This document shows positions 30,224 through 39,630 of a stretch of 53,788 bases of DNA, one piece after another (the stretch's first letter is position 1; the number at the start of each line of letters is the position of its first letter). The DNA is from a virus (taxonomy: Duplodnaviria > Caudoviricetes). A program made the translations under genes and the position numbers. Under the pieces are notes generated by a model. That model ran no database searches, had not been told where the DNA came from, and was given only the letters and a program-made list of their open reading frames with translations. The stretch lies in the IMG/VR virus record IMGVR_UViG_3300027631_000027, positions 1 through 53,788 of that record; one strand, written 5' to 3'.

Positions 30224-31771
30224 TTATAACACCTTGTAATAATCATCGGAAAGTTTCCATTTACTATTTTCAGTTTTTATTTGTTCACCTTTTTTAAACT
30301 CATTTTTTTCAACGAGAACCGATGTGTCTTCATTCCCCATATTCACAAATACATCAGAACTATTAAATGGTGCGCCGGAGTATGGTAATTTTTTAATCGA
30401 ACCGGCATTTGGCGGTATTAACTCGGCATATAATGCAGTTAGTCCCGCTATTACAACGGATGATAATTGTACTGGCATACTTCCCATTAACCCGTGAGTA
30501 ATAGCAGCAGGACCAGGTACTAGTGGGGGAACTACCGTAGTTGGTATTGGTGAACCCGTCAATTGATATGGTAATTGTGGTGGTGTTATTCCAACCCCCA
30601 TCAACGCCTGAATTAATCTAGCCAACCACATTGATAAACTTGTACCACCCACCGTAGGCTCTACATCATTTGCAGAACTTCCCAGATATATTTTTTTAGC
30701 AAGCAGTGACATGGTACCTATTCCAACCATTGATATATCATTACCGGATATAATAGTAACATCGGAATCTGCTTGTACATCTATACGACGACTTGATTTG
30801 AGTTCGATGTCTAAATTTGCCGTGAGTATAATACTACTATCAGTATCTATTGCGGTATTTTTAAAACTATTCAAATAAATTTCTTCATTTGAATACAGTA
30901 ATATATGAGTTTTCTTAGCACCCAATACAATTGAATCAGAATTCATTAGAATTTGAGCACCGCCATATTTTTGTGGCGGAACTTGCATGGACCTATTGAA
31001 TGAGCCGGCATTAATTGTTATGGGTTCGAATGGAATATTTTGGTCAGAAGTCATCCAGATAGAAGATGCGTCTTTATTAACATCTTCTAATATTAATCCA
31101 AACACACTATCTTTAGTTGCGTCCGTTTTTTCAACGTCCTTCCCTTGTCCAGTACGAAGTATTATATTTGGAGCCATGCCTGGACTTGATAACTCCATCT
31201 GACTTGATCCAAATCGAATAGAATTTCCCATACGTCCTTGAATAACCAAGTCACCTTCGAAATGTTTTAACGGACGAACTCGACTATCTGGTTTGAAGTA
31301 TTCACCAAATTTATGTTTATCTACTGTTATTTCTTGTTTCGTTACTGCAATTTTAGATTTGATACGTTCTCCTCTATTATTTAACGCATCATTTAACTTT
31401 AACATGCCGTTTTCTTGTACTCTATGGGCGAGAAAAACTTTTCGTGTATAAAAAAAGTTCCCAAGAATTTTATGAACAATAACTAGTTCACCAATTAATG
31501 GCATTTCTACTATTGCAGATTCAATTGGGTCTGCCCAATCCAATAACTCGTCCTTTCTCCCGTTGTGTACGGAGAATATACGAATTTTAACAGCACCGAC
31601 GTTATACCCATCTTTTTTAGCATACTGTGGGTGGTGGTGATCCAATATTACATCGACAACAATTGCTTCGTAAAATTGATTTGGAACCGTTCGAGCGGAT
31701 TCAGTAGTACCGGAAGTAGCCAATAAACCATCGGGTTTACCATTATATACGTACTTATCTCCCGATGCCAT
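30224..31771 (-). CDS. baseplate hub/spike protein (gp5/VgrG-like)
   Basis: N-terminal OB-fold-like region (WADP..MPLIGELV), GDLVIQGRMGNSIRFG, C-terminal beta-strand repeats; baseplate context. Confidence 0.65.
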   Translation of the reverse strand: MASGDKYVYNGKPDGLLATSGTTESARTVPNQFYEAIVVDVILDHHHPQYAKKDGYNVGAVKIRIFSVHNGRKDELLDWADPIESAIVEMPLIGELVIVHKILGNFFYTRKVFLAHRVQENGMLKLNDALNNRGERIKSKIAVTKQEITVDKHKFGEYFKPDSRVRPLKHFEGDLVIQGRMGNSIRFGSSQMELSSPGMAPNIILRTGQGKDVEKTDATKDSVFGLILEDVNKDASSIWMTSDQNIPFEPITINAGSFNRSMQVPPQKYGGAQILMNSDSIVLGAKKTHILLYSNEEIYLNSFKNTAIDTDSSIILTANLDIELKSSRRIDVQADSDVTIISGNDISMVGIGTMSLLAKKIYLGSSANDVEPTVGGTSLSMWLARLIQALMGVGITPPQLPYQLTGSPIPTTVVPPLVPGPAAITHGLMGSMPVQLSSVVIAGLTALYAELIPPNAGSIKKLPYSGAPFNSSDVFVNMGNEDTSVLVEKNEFKKGEQIKTENSKWKLSDDYYKVL

Positions 31772-31772
31772 A

Positions 31773-32156
31773 TTACTTTTTCATTCCTTCTAAAGTAATG
31801 TCTAAATCGTCTTGTTCTGCTATTACCGACTCAAAATCTGATTTAATATTCTTAAGTAATTGAGATTTTTCTTCCTCAGTAAGCAGGCCAGTGTCGGCGT
31901 TTTTAGAAGAAACACCGACCAACCGTTGAGCAATTTGTACCAATCGTACAATGTGTTCATCATTACGCACGTTTACTTCCAGAAAATCTTTTATAACAGG
32001 GCCCATAACGGCCGCATCTTCTGGGGTACGGATCATTTTTACAAAACTAGCTACGAAACTATTAATCTGTTCGCGCTTTGTATTTGTATTTTTATATACA
32101 TCGGAAAACATATCCGATAATGTTTTTCCTTCAAAAATAACGTCATCAAATGCCAT
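31773..32156 (-). CDS. conserved phage hypothetical protein
   Basis: IFEGKTLSDMFSDVYKN...PVIKDFLEVNVRNDEHIVRL; helical. Confidence 0.65.
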   Translation of the reverse strand: MAFDDVIFEGKTLSDMFSDVYKNTNTKREQINSFVASFVKMIRTPEDAAVMGPVIKDFLEVNVRNDEHIVRLVQIAQRLVGVSSKNADTGLLTEEEKSQLLKNIKSDFESVIAEQDDLDITLEGMKK

Positions 32157-32192
32157 AAGATAGTCTATGAGAAAGGTCTACTACATAAATAG

Positions 32193-32975
32193 TTATTTCT
32201 CTGGGTTATAGACGAAAAGCATAGAGGGATCGACTAAATAACCCGACTTTCTGTACTCTTTCATTTGTTTAAGAACGTGGACCTTCATTTTATTAATAAC
32301 TTTGGTAATATGAACCGTTTTATTATTCGTCATTTCACGAATGAGTACATATAATGCTTTTTTATTGAAATTCTCAATGGAGTTTGCCCGTTTCAATAAC
32401 TCAACAACGGCGTTGGCAATTTCACGGTCACGTTGTTTCTTAAAAATACGGTCTAAATTAAAGTCCCAATACTGAACTAATAACTCCACGAAGTCGCTGG
32501 TATCTCGTTGGGAAGTTTCCGCATCGGGTTTTGTGGTGAGCACTTCTTCCAACATAAACGATTCGTCGCTAGAGGAATCTACCAAATATGAAGACCGTAA
32601 CTCATCACGGTACGAGTTGTTATTGTGTAAGACTAAGTAGTTCTTTGCTACAACAGAAAAATAAGAGAATGCTTTTCCCTTATCTTCAGTAAACTTATGT
32701 AGATTTAATACCAAAAATGACACGACTTGGTTTTTAATGTCTTCAAAATTTCCATTCATATATGGAAACTTAAATCGATTAATGATATTTTCTGCTAACT
32801 TATCTATTGGAGCATGAATTCTTTCTCTAAAGATTGTATTTCTTTCATCTTCATCAGTAGACTTGTTATATTCAACAATTGCCTTTTCTGTTTCTGGGGT
32901 AAAATACATCTTTCCCAGTTTTGCTCGTCGCATTTCTAAATCAGTTTTTTTAGTTTTCGTCATCAGTAGTTCCAT
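32193..32975 (-). CDS. phage sigma factor, T4 gp55-like (late transcription)
   Basis: KLAENIINRFKF...EDIKNQVVSFLVLNLHKF..KGKAFSYFSVVAKN resembles sigma region 2; start may be ATG 32963. Confidence 0.65.
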   Translation of the reverse strand: MELLMTKTKKTDLEMRRAKLGKMYFTPETEKAIVEYNKSTDEDERNTIFRERIHAPIDKLAENIINRFKFPYMNGNFEDIKNQVVSFLVLNLHKFTEDKGKAFSYFSVVAKNYLVLHNNNSYRDELRSSYLVDSSSDESFMLEEVLTTKPDAETSQRDTSDFVELLVQYWDFNLDRIFKKQRDREIANAVVELLKRANSIENFNKKALYVLIREMTNNKTVHITKVINKMKVHVLKQMKEYRKSGYLVDPSMLFVYNPEK

Positions 32976-33219
32976 ATAAAAGTGGACGAAGTGAACCCAC
33001 TATCTCAGTTAATTGCTGAAATAATGTGCCCACTTCGTCGTCGGATTCAAACATTTTTTTCTCATCTAATACACGCATTGTATGTAACACCATACTGGTG
33101 TCTTCGTAAAATTGTTGTATAGATTGTTCGTATAGGGTAATTTTCTTTGATAAATTAAAAATTATATACCCTGTTGCTGTTACATATAGTAGTAATACAC
33201 ATACTATGAATATTGTCAT
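32950..33219 (-). CDS. single-TM membrane protein
   Basis: N-terminal hydrophobic helix then charged helical region. Confidence 0.6.
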   Translation of the reverse strand: MTIFIVCVLLLYVTATGYIIFNLSKKITLYEQSIQQFYEDTSMVLHTMRVLDEKKMFESDDEVGTLFQQLTEIVGSLRPLLYGTTDDEN

Positions 33220-33227
33220 AAGTAATC

Positions 33228-33761
33228 CTATAATGATAGTGGTGGCAATTTGAAATTGCTAAACGACGACATATATTTTCGGATAGATGTGCCGTTACCA
33301 TCAATTATACCATGTTTGTCGTCAGAAGTCAAGTAGGTAACAACACCTCCACTACCAGCAAAATGTGCTCCTGCAAGAATTCCTGCTCGGGTAATCTTGA
33401 TACCGTGTTTAGTTTTGCCGTCGTATCGGTCAATCAGATGTTTCAATTCCCGATAGTTTGCTTTCATATACGCTAACATCACCGTATCTTGGATATCTTC
33501 ATTCTGTAAGAACTGTCGTGGCGTCATTCTAAATCCCAACGCACGTACTGTACTTGGACTGAACTGATACTTTCCCATCATCCCATATCGATTAACTACT
33601 TTATAGTTACCGTCACTTTCAATACGAGCAACCCTATCCATAAACAGTTCTGTTTGTGTAGGCTGTGACTTAGGTACTTTGTTCATTGTGAATGCTGGAA
33701 TTTCGTTTGTTGCGTATATTGCACACATCAAAATTATAAGAGGTAATATTTTTTTAATCAT
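33228..33761 (-). CDS. lysozyme-like / lytic transglycosylase with N-terminal signal-anchor
   Basis: ARIESDGNYKVVN..GMMGKYQF motif with catalytic Glu-Ser; hydrophobic N-terminus. Confidence 0.75.
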   Translation of the reverse strand: MIKKILPLIILMCAIYATNEIPAFTMNKVPKSQPTQTELFMDRVARIESDGNYKVVNRYGMMGKYQFSPSTVRALGFRMTPRQFLQNEDIQDTVMLAYMKANYRELKHLIDRYDGKTKHGIKITRAGILAGAHFAGSGGVVTYLTSDDKHGIIDGNGTSIRKYMSSFSNFKLPPLSL

Positions 33762-33773
33762 AAATTTCTCGGT

Positions 33774-34397
33774 TTATAGTTGGCTATAAAACTCGTTTTG
33801 CAGCCGTTGTCTGTCTATGTCTTTAATATGATACAGTGCCCATTCTTCTTCGTCGGGTAACGGTGCCATATTTTTATATCCTACAATACGTTCGTGAACT
33901 TTTCCTTCCCATTTAATATCTGCGTGATTACGATAGACTCTAGTTTGATAGTCAGGAAACATAACCCATCCTTGTTCGTTTACTCTCCATCCCCACTTTG
34001 CAATATCCTCGTCAGTCAATCCCGTCACTACGTTGACCCGTGGGATAGCAAACAAATCAATCTGTGGGTTGTGTTCGATAAGGTCATGAATATATGTTAG
34101 TAGATTTGTATGTAGTGTTTCATCCGCATCTACTTGAAAAATATAATCTCCCGAACACTGTTGTGTCAGAAAGTTCTTATGTTCCGCAAAGTTATTGTTT
34201 AAGGCATGTTTAATCAACTTAATCTCACCACCAGTTGCATATGCATCCAACAGTGCCACCGTAAATTCATCGGTTGAATAATCATCAACGACTACAATTT
34301 CATCTCCAGTTTGCTCACAAAATGGAACCAACTGACTTAGTAAGTTCTGGATGTATTCGCCTTCATTATGTGTTGTTATTGCAAATGATATCTTCAT
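33774..34397 (-). CDS. glycosyltransferase family 2
   Basis: ISFAITTHNE, EIVVVDDYSTD, YIFQVDADE; start taken at MKISF. Confidence 0.9.
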   Translation of the reverse strand: MKISFAITTHNEGEYIQNLLSQLVPFCEQTGDEIVVVDDYSTDEFTVALLDAYATGGEIKLIKHALNNNFAEHKNFLTQQCSGDYIFQVDADETLHTNLLTYIHDLIEHNPQIDLFAIPRVNVVTGLTDEDIAKWGWRVNEQGWVMFPDYQTRVYRNHADIKWEGKVHERIVGYKNMAPLPDEEEWALYHIKDIDRQRLQNEFYSQL

Positions 34398-34740
34398 GTT
34401 GTTCACTCTTTATTGGTAGATAGTTACGACGAAGTTCGCCAAATGGATAATAGTTGTCATCACGACCAAGTGCCAGTACTTGTATATGTGTTTTACCTGT
34501 ACGCCATTGTTTATAAGGATTCAACATGACCGGGTAAATTAATTTCCCCTTTGTAATAAGTGTTGACAGACGAACCCTATGTCGAGCGCACATCTTCGGC
34601 ATGGGGTCTAGAATAGCATCTCCACTTTCCGTAATACAATTTACACGACCCCAGAACCCATAACCACTCCAATACTGTCCAATGATAACTCCAAATTCTT
34701 CACAATGTGTGTAAATTTGATGATGATTTTTAAACATCAT
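34366..34740 (-). CDS. hypothetical protein
   Basis: ATG at 34740 overlaps uvsE stop (ATGA). Confidence 0.55.
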   Translation of the reverse strand: MMFKNHHQIYTHCEEFGVIIGQYWSGYGFWGRVNCITESGDAILDPMPKMCARHRVRLSTLITKGKLIYPVMLNPYKQWRTGKTHIQVLALGRDDNYYPFGELRRNYLPIKSEQHEDIICNNNT

Positions 34741-35633
34741 AAACTCCAATATTTAAATAGGGCAAGTTCTTTGGCTTTGGCTTCTAGGTCAAAGTCGAGG
34801 GTCATACCAAAGTCGTCAATTTTATTGAACACATAATCTGCATGCGCACGAGGATTACCCGTGACATTCTCATTGAGATTTTTGGATTCACTATAATGAA
34901 ACAATGGAACTATATTTTCTGGCCATGTACCGGCGGCCAATTCAGCAGCATCTTGTGTAGATAGTCCGTCTGGATGAAATTGATGATGAAAGTAGTCAAA
35001 CGTAATAGGAATATTGAGTGTGGCATACAAGTACGTAAACAATTGTATAACCGAAAACGACGATGCCTTGTCATCATTTTCTACTACAAGCCGTGCTTTG
35101 CAATTTGGAGACAACCGATTATAAGCGGCAATCCAACGGGACGCCACTTCTTCGGAGAAATTCATTCCAACGTGAATATTTAACGCATTATACGGAGTTG
35201 CCGCAAGACCCATAAGATCAAATACGGTAGAATGAAGTTCAAGATCTTTGATCGAATTCTCAACAACAGCAGGCTTAGTTGAAGCAAGTTTTACAAAGTG
35301 GTCAGGGTGAGCGGTAATACGTTGTCCATATGTTGCAGCTAACTTACCAGCAGTACTAAGAGTATCTACAATCTTGTCATAATCGGGAAGGTCCGATACA
35401 TTGTATGCAGACCCCCACGGAAAGATACCAGACCCCATGCGAAACACTTTGACGTTGTTAATATGATTCCATTCAATAATCTTAATAAGATCACGTGCAT
35501 TTGCTAAAGCTAATTCAGATGCATATGGCAATCCTTTTTGGTTAAATGTACGTTGAATCATACCACGGCCAGTGGTAATTTTCTTTTTATTTAATTGTGT
35601 ATTAATACAGCAATAACCAATTTGATGGGGCAT
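34737..35633 (-). CDS. uvsE: UV damage endonuclease UvsE/UVDE
   Basis: IGYCC, FRMGS..FPW, RITAHPDHF, NIHVG, LVVENDD, FDYFHH, HYSES, RAHADY, DLEAKAKELAL. Confidence 0.95.
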   Translation of the reverse strand: MPHQIGYCCINTQLNKKKITTGRGMIQRTFNQKGLPYASELALANARDLIKIIEWNHINNVKVFRMGSGIFPWGSAYNVSDLPDYDKIVDTLSTAGKLAATYGQRITAHPDHFVKLASTKPAVVENSIKDLELHSTVFDLMGLAATPYNALNIHVGMNFSEEVASRWIAAYNRLSPNCKARLVVENDDKASSFSVIQLFTYLYATLNIPITFDYFHHQFHPDGLSTQDAAELAAGTWPENIVPLFHYSESKNLNENVTGNPRAHADYVFNKIDDFGMTLDFDLEAKAKELALFKYWSL

Positions 35634-35659
35634 GTAACCTCACTTGATATGAATACCTA

Positions 35660-35688
35660 AATATAACACATTTGGTAAGAAATGTCAA
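35660..35688 (-). promoter_or_regulatory. sigma70-type promoter of uvsE
   Basis: TTGACA-17 nt-TATATT with TGn extension. Confidence 0.75.
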
Positions 35689-35697
35689 GGGATACTA

Positions 35698-36612
35698 TTA
35701 TCCAGAATGCTTACCGTGTTGCCATGCAGGTATCTTGGACACCTCCACAGTGGTCGTAGGAACCTCTGTGGGAGACTCCACATATACTTTGAAGGGTTCG
35801 TCCGTAGTATCTACCGTAGTCGTTTCTAACGGTACTACCGTTGGTTGATTCTTTAATAAAAAATTAATTGCAATTACTAGGGCCACGGCCAACGGGTCAA
35901 ATACTAATACAATTACTAACGTAAACCATTTTACTACAGTGTCCAGTGGTACTCCAAATGTTTTTGCAATGTATACAAACGTACCAATGTCACCATTTGT
36001 TTCAATTTCTACTTGTTTCGATGTAGAAATAGCTGATAAACTATCTTTGGTTGATGATAAAACGGTGATTTCACGTTGTAATTCGACGACATTTTTATCA
36101 GCTTGTGCTAATTGTGCTTGTGTAGATCGAATCGACGAGGTGTTTCCTGTTGTACTTTTTCCGATAAGATTGTCCAATCGAGTTTCTTGTTGTGTGCGCA
36201 ATGAAATTAATTGGTTTAACCGAGTATTTTTTCGGGTAATGTCTTGTTCTACGGAAGAAACCTTTGATGCGGTGGTTGATATGTCTGCGGACAATTGTAG
36301 TGGGGTTGCAGCAACCTTTGCATAGGCAGATGACAGATACCCATAGATGCCGGCAGACGTTATAACCATCAATATACATGATGCAACCGATAAATAATAT
36401 TTTAATGCCTTTGGAATATCCGTCCAGTACTGATATAAGAATGAAATACTAACAATCTTACCCAACTCCAATGCCGATGCCATGATTGCAACACTTAATG
36501 CGGCACCTGCAAATAGTTTGGCAATTCCGGTTACAGAAAACACTGCGGCGCACAGTGCCACAAATGTTGCCGTCAATGACGTAACCGTAATTAATGATGT
36601 GCGTGTATTCAT
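35698..36612 (-). CDS. multi-TM membrane protein with coiled coil
   Basis: Three N-terminal TM helices (ALELGK, TSAGIYGYLS), coiled coil, C-terminal TM VFDPLAVAL. Confidence 0.75.
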   Translation of the reverse strand: MNTRTSLITVTSLTATFVALCAAVFSVTGIAKLFAGAALSVAIMASALELGKIVSISFLYQYWTDIPKALKYYLSVASCILMVITSAGIYGYLSSAYAKVAATPLQLSADISTTASKVSSVEQDITRKNTRLNQLISLRTQQETRLDNLIGKSTTGNTSSIRSTQAQLAQADKNVVELQREITVLSSTKDSLSAISTSKQVEIETNGDIGTFVYIAKTFGVPLDTVVKWFTLVIVLVFDPLAVALVIAINFLLKNQPTVVPLETTTVDTTDEPFKVYVESPTEVPTTTVEVSKIPAWQHGKHSG

Positions 36613-36625
36613 AAGATATTTTGAG

Positions 36626-36664
36626 AAAACGCGATTGAGGATTATATAACCTCAACCGCGTTTC
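36626..36664 (-). terminator. intrinsic terminator downstream of hsp20 and micropeptide
   Basis: GAAACGCGGTTGAGG-loop-CCTCAATCGCGTTTT; G.U pair favours minus strand. Confidence 0.65.
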
Positions 36665-36714
36665 ATTCTCCAATGTAGAGAGTTTTAGATGTAACGTAAC
36701 TGTTAGATCACCTC

Positions 36715-36783
36715 CTAGATGATAGTTACGTTAGTGGGAGTAATAATACAATTGCCAGTACACAATATACAGTTTCCACACAT
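36715..36783 (-). CDS. 22-aa Cys-rich micropeptide MCGNCILCTGNCIITPTNVTII
   Basis: ATG at 36783 with GGAGG SD at 36790-36794; CxxCxxCxxxC spacing. Confidence 0.5.
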   Translation of the reverse strand: MCGNCILCTGNCIITPTNVTII

Positions 36784-36808
36784 ACTAAACCTCCATTTAA
36801 TAATGGTT

Positions 36809-37318
36809 TTATTTGATCGTAACCGTATTAACTTTACTTTGTGAGACTTGTACCTTTCGTGGAATAACCAGTTTGAGTAACCCATCTTTAAAAGTAGCAT
36901 CAATTTTTTCTGTATCCAACTGGTCATCTAATTTAAATGACCGACTAAAAGAACTACGTTTAAGTTCCCGAAGAATATATACTTTGTTTGTTGAATAATC
37001 ATCAACGTCTGACGTTGCTGCTTTTCCTACAATACTAAGAACATTATCCTCCACCTGAACTGAGATATTATCTTTTGCATATCCAGCAATTTCTGCTTCT
37101 AATTCAATCTTATCATTGAATGATGTAACATTGACTTTTGGATATGATGTTTTACTAAATGGATCAATTCCAAATGTCTTATAGATATCGGGAAAATTTC
37201 CTCGGAACGCATCATCAAATAACTTGTCGAACGAAGTCAGCAAATTATCTCTGTTGAATTCCATTTCTTTGGCAATTACTGTTGCCGGCACTGCTTGCAT
37301 AGTCCACTTTCTTGTCAT
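36809..37318 (-). CDS. hsp20: small heat shock protein Hsp20
   Basis: YPKVNV, AEIAGYAKDNISV, RELKRSSFSRSF, IDATFKDGLLKLVIP; AGGAG SD. Confidence 0.95.
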   Translation of the reverse strand: MTRKWTMQAVPATVIAKEMEFNRDNLLTSFDKLFDDAFRGNFPDIYKTFGIDPFSKTSYPKVNVTSFNDKIELEAEIAGYAKDNISVQVEDNVLSIVGKAATSDVDDYSTNKVYILRELKRSSFSRSFKLDDQLDTEKIDATFKDGLLKLVIPRKVQVSQSKVNTVTIK

Positions 37319-37406
37319 AATATTTCTCCTTGTTATGTTTCCATCTCCACTATTGGATGATGGTGTGTAGGAACTCCGAAGACATCCCTACAAAAATAAG
37401 TATAAC

Positions 37407-37447
37407 AAACGGACAAAATACAACGATTTGTTGTACTTTATCCGTTT
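37407..37447 (-). terminator. long hairpin, probable terminator after HD gene
   Basis: 18-bp stem with two G.U pairs on minus strand. Confidence 0.55.
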
Positions 37448-37453
37448 AGATTA

Positions 37454-38092
37454 TTAGAATCTACCTTTGTCACCTTCAACACGACATGCAATATGATCTG
37501 CCCAATGGATAATATATGGGAGACTAGTTTTCATTGGTTGCTTCATGGAGTAATTGACTAGATATCCTTTATTACCATCATCATATATACCATCCGACAA
37601 CTTAATACCTAGCCATTCATTCTGAGTAATTTCAACGCCATATTTCTGTAGCAAGAACAACCCACGTTCAGGTACCTTGAAATATTGAAGGTTCTCGTTG
37701 TGTGTATATAGTTCGCCACGTTTACGATGCCAATCAGAATCTTGATTTACATAATATGGACCTTCGTCCGGATGTCCTAACTTTCCAAGGTCATGATGGA
37801 GTGCAGCAAAAATTAATTCTTGTTTGGTAAATGTAATGTCACCTTCCATACTCTTATAGAGTGCCGCAACCTTCAGTGCAGTTTCCGTGACCCGAAGTAC
37901 ATGATCTAGATATCCCCCAGGAAATGCATTGTGATAATGTGTCCGAGCCGACGCCGGTGCTTGTGCCAACTCATCGGTGAATGGGATATACATTTCCTTA
38001 AGTTTTTCCGCACGTGGGTCTGCCTCAATGTACTCCATAAACTTTGTATAATCCTGCTGAATCTTTTCTTCGGTGTTTGTGATAGTAAACAT
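37454..38092 (-). CDS. HD-domain phosphohydrolase
   Basis: PAS...HNAFPGGYLDHVLRV, ALHHDLGK, IHWADH. Confidence 0.88.
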   Translation of the reverse strand: MFTITNTEEKIQQDYTKFMEYIEADPRAEKLKEMYIPFTDELAQAPASARTHYHNAFPGGYLDHVLRVTETALKVAALYKSMEGDITFTKQELIFAALHHDLGKLGHPDEGPYYVNQDSDWHRKRGELYTHNENLQYFKVPERGLFLLQKYGVEITQNEWLGIKLSDGIYDDGNKGYLVNYSMKQPMKTSLPYIIHWADHIACRVEGDKGRF

Positions 38093-38110
38093 AATAACCT
38101 TTAGTTGATG

Positions 38111-38632
38111 TTAAATTAAGTATTCAATTTTTCGTTGATTGCGTTTCATCCACAATTCAAACAATGTAGGAATTGTAGGTTTTTTCTGTAGTACCAATGT
38201 GGTATCTGCCAAATCATGGTACGCCTTCTTATTATTACACGTTGAACAAGCAGTTACTAAATTATCCCACGTACTTTTACCACCTCGACATTCCGGAACT
38301 ATGTGATCTCTGGTTAGAAACTCATATGATTTAAGTTCTATTTTAGACCGACTACAGTATTGACAAGTATTATTATCACGAAGAAATAAATTACGTTGAC
38401 TTAATGCCGCGGGAGTTTTGTATATTTTTCTACCCCGAACAAACATTTTCAATGCTACCATCACTGGTAATTTAAACGTGACTTTTGGCGATCTTACCAA
38501 TAAATACGGATGTTCTTCAACGACGACGGCCTTTCCCTGTAAGATCATGACCATTGCTCGTTGGGATGTAACAACATCTATTGGTTCATACGTAGAATTT
38601 AGAACAACGCATCTGGTTGTTTCAAACTCCAT
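38111..38632 (-). CDS. HNH endonuclease
   Basis: VLNSTYEP, RNLFLRD..CQYC, LTRDHIVP..GG.STWDNLVTACSTCNNKK. Confidence 0.92.
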   Translation of the reverse strand: MEFETTRCVVLNSTYEPIDVVTSQRAMVMILQGKAVVVEEHPYLLVRSPKVTFKLPVMVALKMFVRGRKIYKTPAALSQRNLFLRDNNTCQYCSRSKIELKSYEFLTRDHIVPECRGGKSTWDNLVTACSTCNNKKAYHDLADTTLVLQKKPTIPTLFELWMKRNQRKIEYLI

Positions 38633-38636
38633 AAAA

Positions 38637-38954
38637 TTATTCCTCTGATTTAGTGGAGTCCTTAATTAATTTATTAATATGATAGGACTTAATGATGTTA
38701 TCAGTTTTTCTAGCATATTCATATTCTTCTGCTTTAATGAAGACTTTCATTGCCTTCTGTAACGTTTTAAGAATTTTATTCTTGGGTACCCATGCATGCA
38801 TGGTATCATCTTCAACCTTAAATAACTCAATGCGGTCTTTTTCTGTATCAATGTTCCGTCTAATTTCACGAACAATATACTTGTATACTAAGACTTCATT
38901 CTCTTTAAGAAAACGTTCCCAGATAGCAGATGTTTTATTTGGTAGTACGAGCAT
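38637..38954 (-). CDS. hypothetical protein with UVR-like C-terminal motif
   Basis: Start moved to MLVLPNK (GAGG SD); AMKVFIKAEEYEYARK. Confidence 0.55.
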   Translation of the reverse strand: MLVLPNKTSAIWERFLKENEVLVYKYIVREIRRNIDTEKDRIELFKVEDDTMHAWVPKNKILKTLQKAMKVFIKAEEYEYARKTDNIIKSYHINKLIKDSTKSEE

Positions 38955-39318
38955 TTTTGGCACCTCGTTTCTTAACTGGCTTTTTTGTTGCGGTGGATTT
39001 AACAGTCGTGGCAATAGACTTTTTAAGTCTTGCAATTTCCTTTTTGTCTGTTACAACTTCACCCTTCGAATATACGATACCATCATGTTCAAAATATACC
39101 TTAAAATGCCAACCACGGGGTTTATCAGATTTTACTGCCTTTTCCTTATAGGCGGGAGGAGCAACCATTTTCTGTACACATCGACCACAAACCACATTTC
39201 CGATATCTGTACCGACCAGTACTTCTTCAGTATTACACTCGGTACATACCAAATAATGTCTACCAGAAACTTTTGATACCGTAGCCTTTGATGCCTTCTT
39301 AATTCGCCGCTTTAACAT
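38935..39318 (-). CDS. zinc-ribbon basic protein
   Basis: CTEC...CGRC, KPRGWHF; Lys-rich tail. Confidence 0.65.
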   Translation of the reverse strand: MLKRRIKKASKATVSKVSGRHYLVCTECNTEEVLVGTDIGNVVCGRCVQKMVAPPAYKEKAVKSDKPRGWHFKVYFEHDGIVYSKGEVVTDKKEIARLKKSIATTVKSTATKKPVKKRGAKNARTTK

Positions 39319-39322
39319 GATT

Positions 39323-39595
39323 TTAATCCCGTAGTTTCCATAGTCTATATTGACGATTCCAACGAGCTTCTAAATATACTGTATAGTTAGCTGCCCAGTG
39401 GGGTGAACCCATTTTCTTAACTGCTTTATCGAACGCACGTATATTCTTTTTGATACTCATTAATTCTGATAGTGTATTAGCAATTGCCATTTCATCCATC
39501 AAAATCTTATACTGTCCTACTACAATTTCTTTTCTTGATGATGTACCTACTAATACCATCAAGGTATTGAGCCAATGTTGAATAAATTTGAACAT
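39323..39595 (-). CDS. hypothetical protein
   Basis: ATG 39595 with GGAG SD. Confidence 0.55.
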   Translation of the reverse strand: MFKFIQHWLNTLMVLVGTSSRKEIVVGQYKILMDEMAIANTLSELMSIKKNIRAFDKAVKKMGSPHWAANYTVYLEARWNRQYRLWKLRD

Positions 39596-39630
39596 AGTAT
39601 CTCCAAACATTATTAACACTAACCCTTCAG

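Noticed and set aside
32950-33761. Definite holin-endolysin lysis cassette
   Set aside because: Topology is compatible but there is no spanin or holin family signature; left as a lysozyme-like enzyme plus a membrane protein
36706-36716. 16S rRNA gene fragment
   Set aside because: Only the 11-nt anti-SD word matches; no flanking helix 45 sequence
36715-36927. 70-aa ORF as given in the track
   Set aside because: Overlaps hsp20 out of frame; only the last 22 codons have an SD-led ATG
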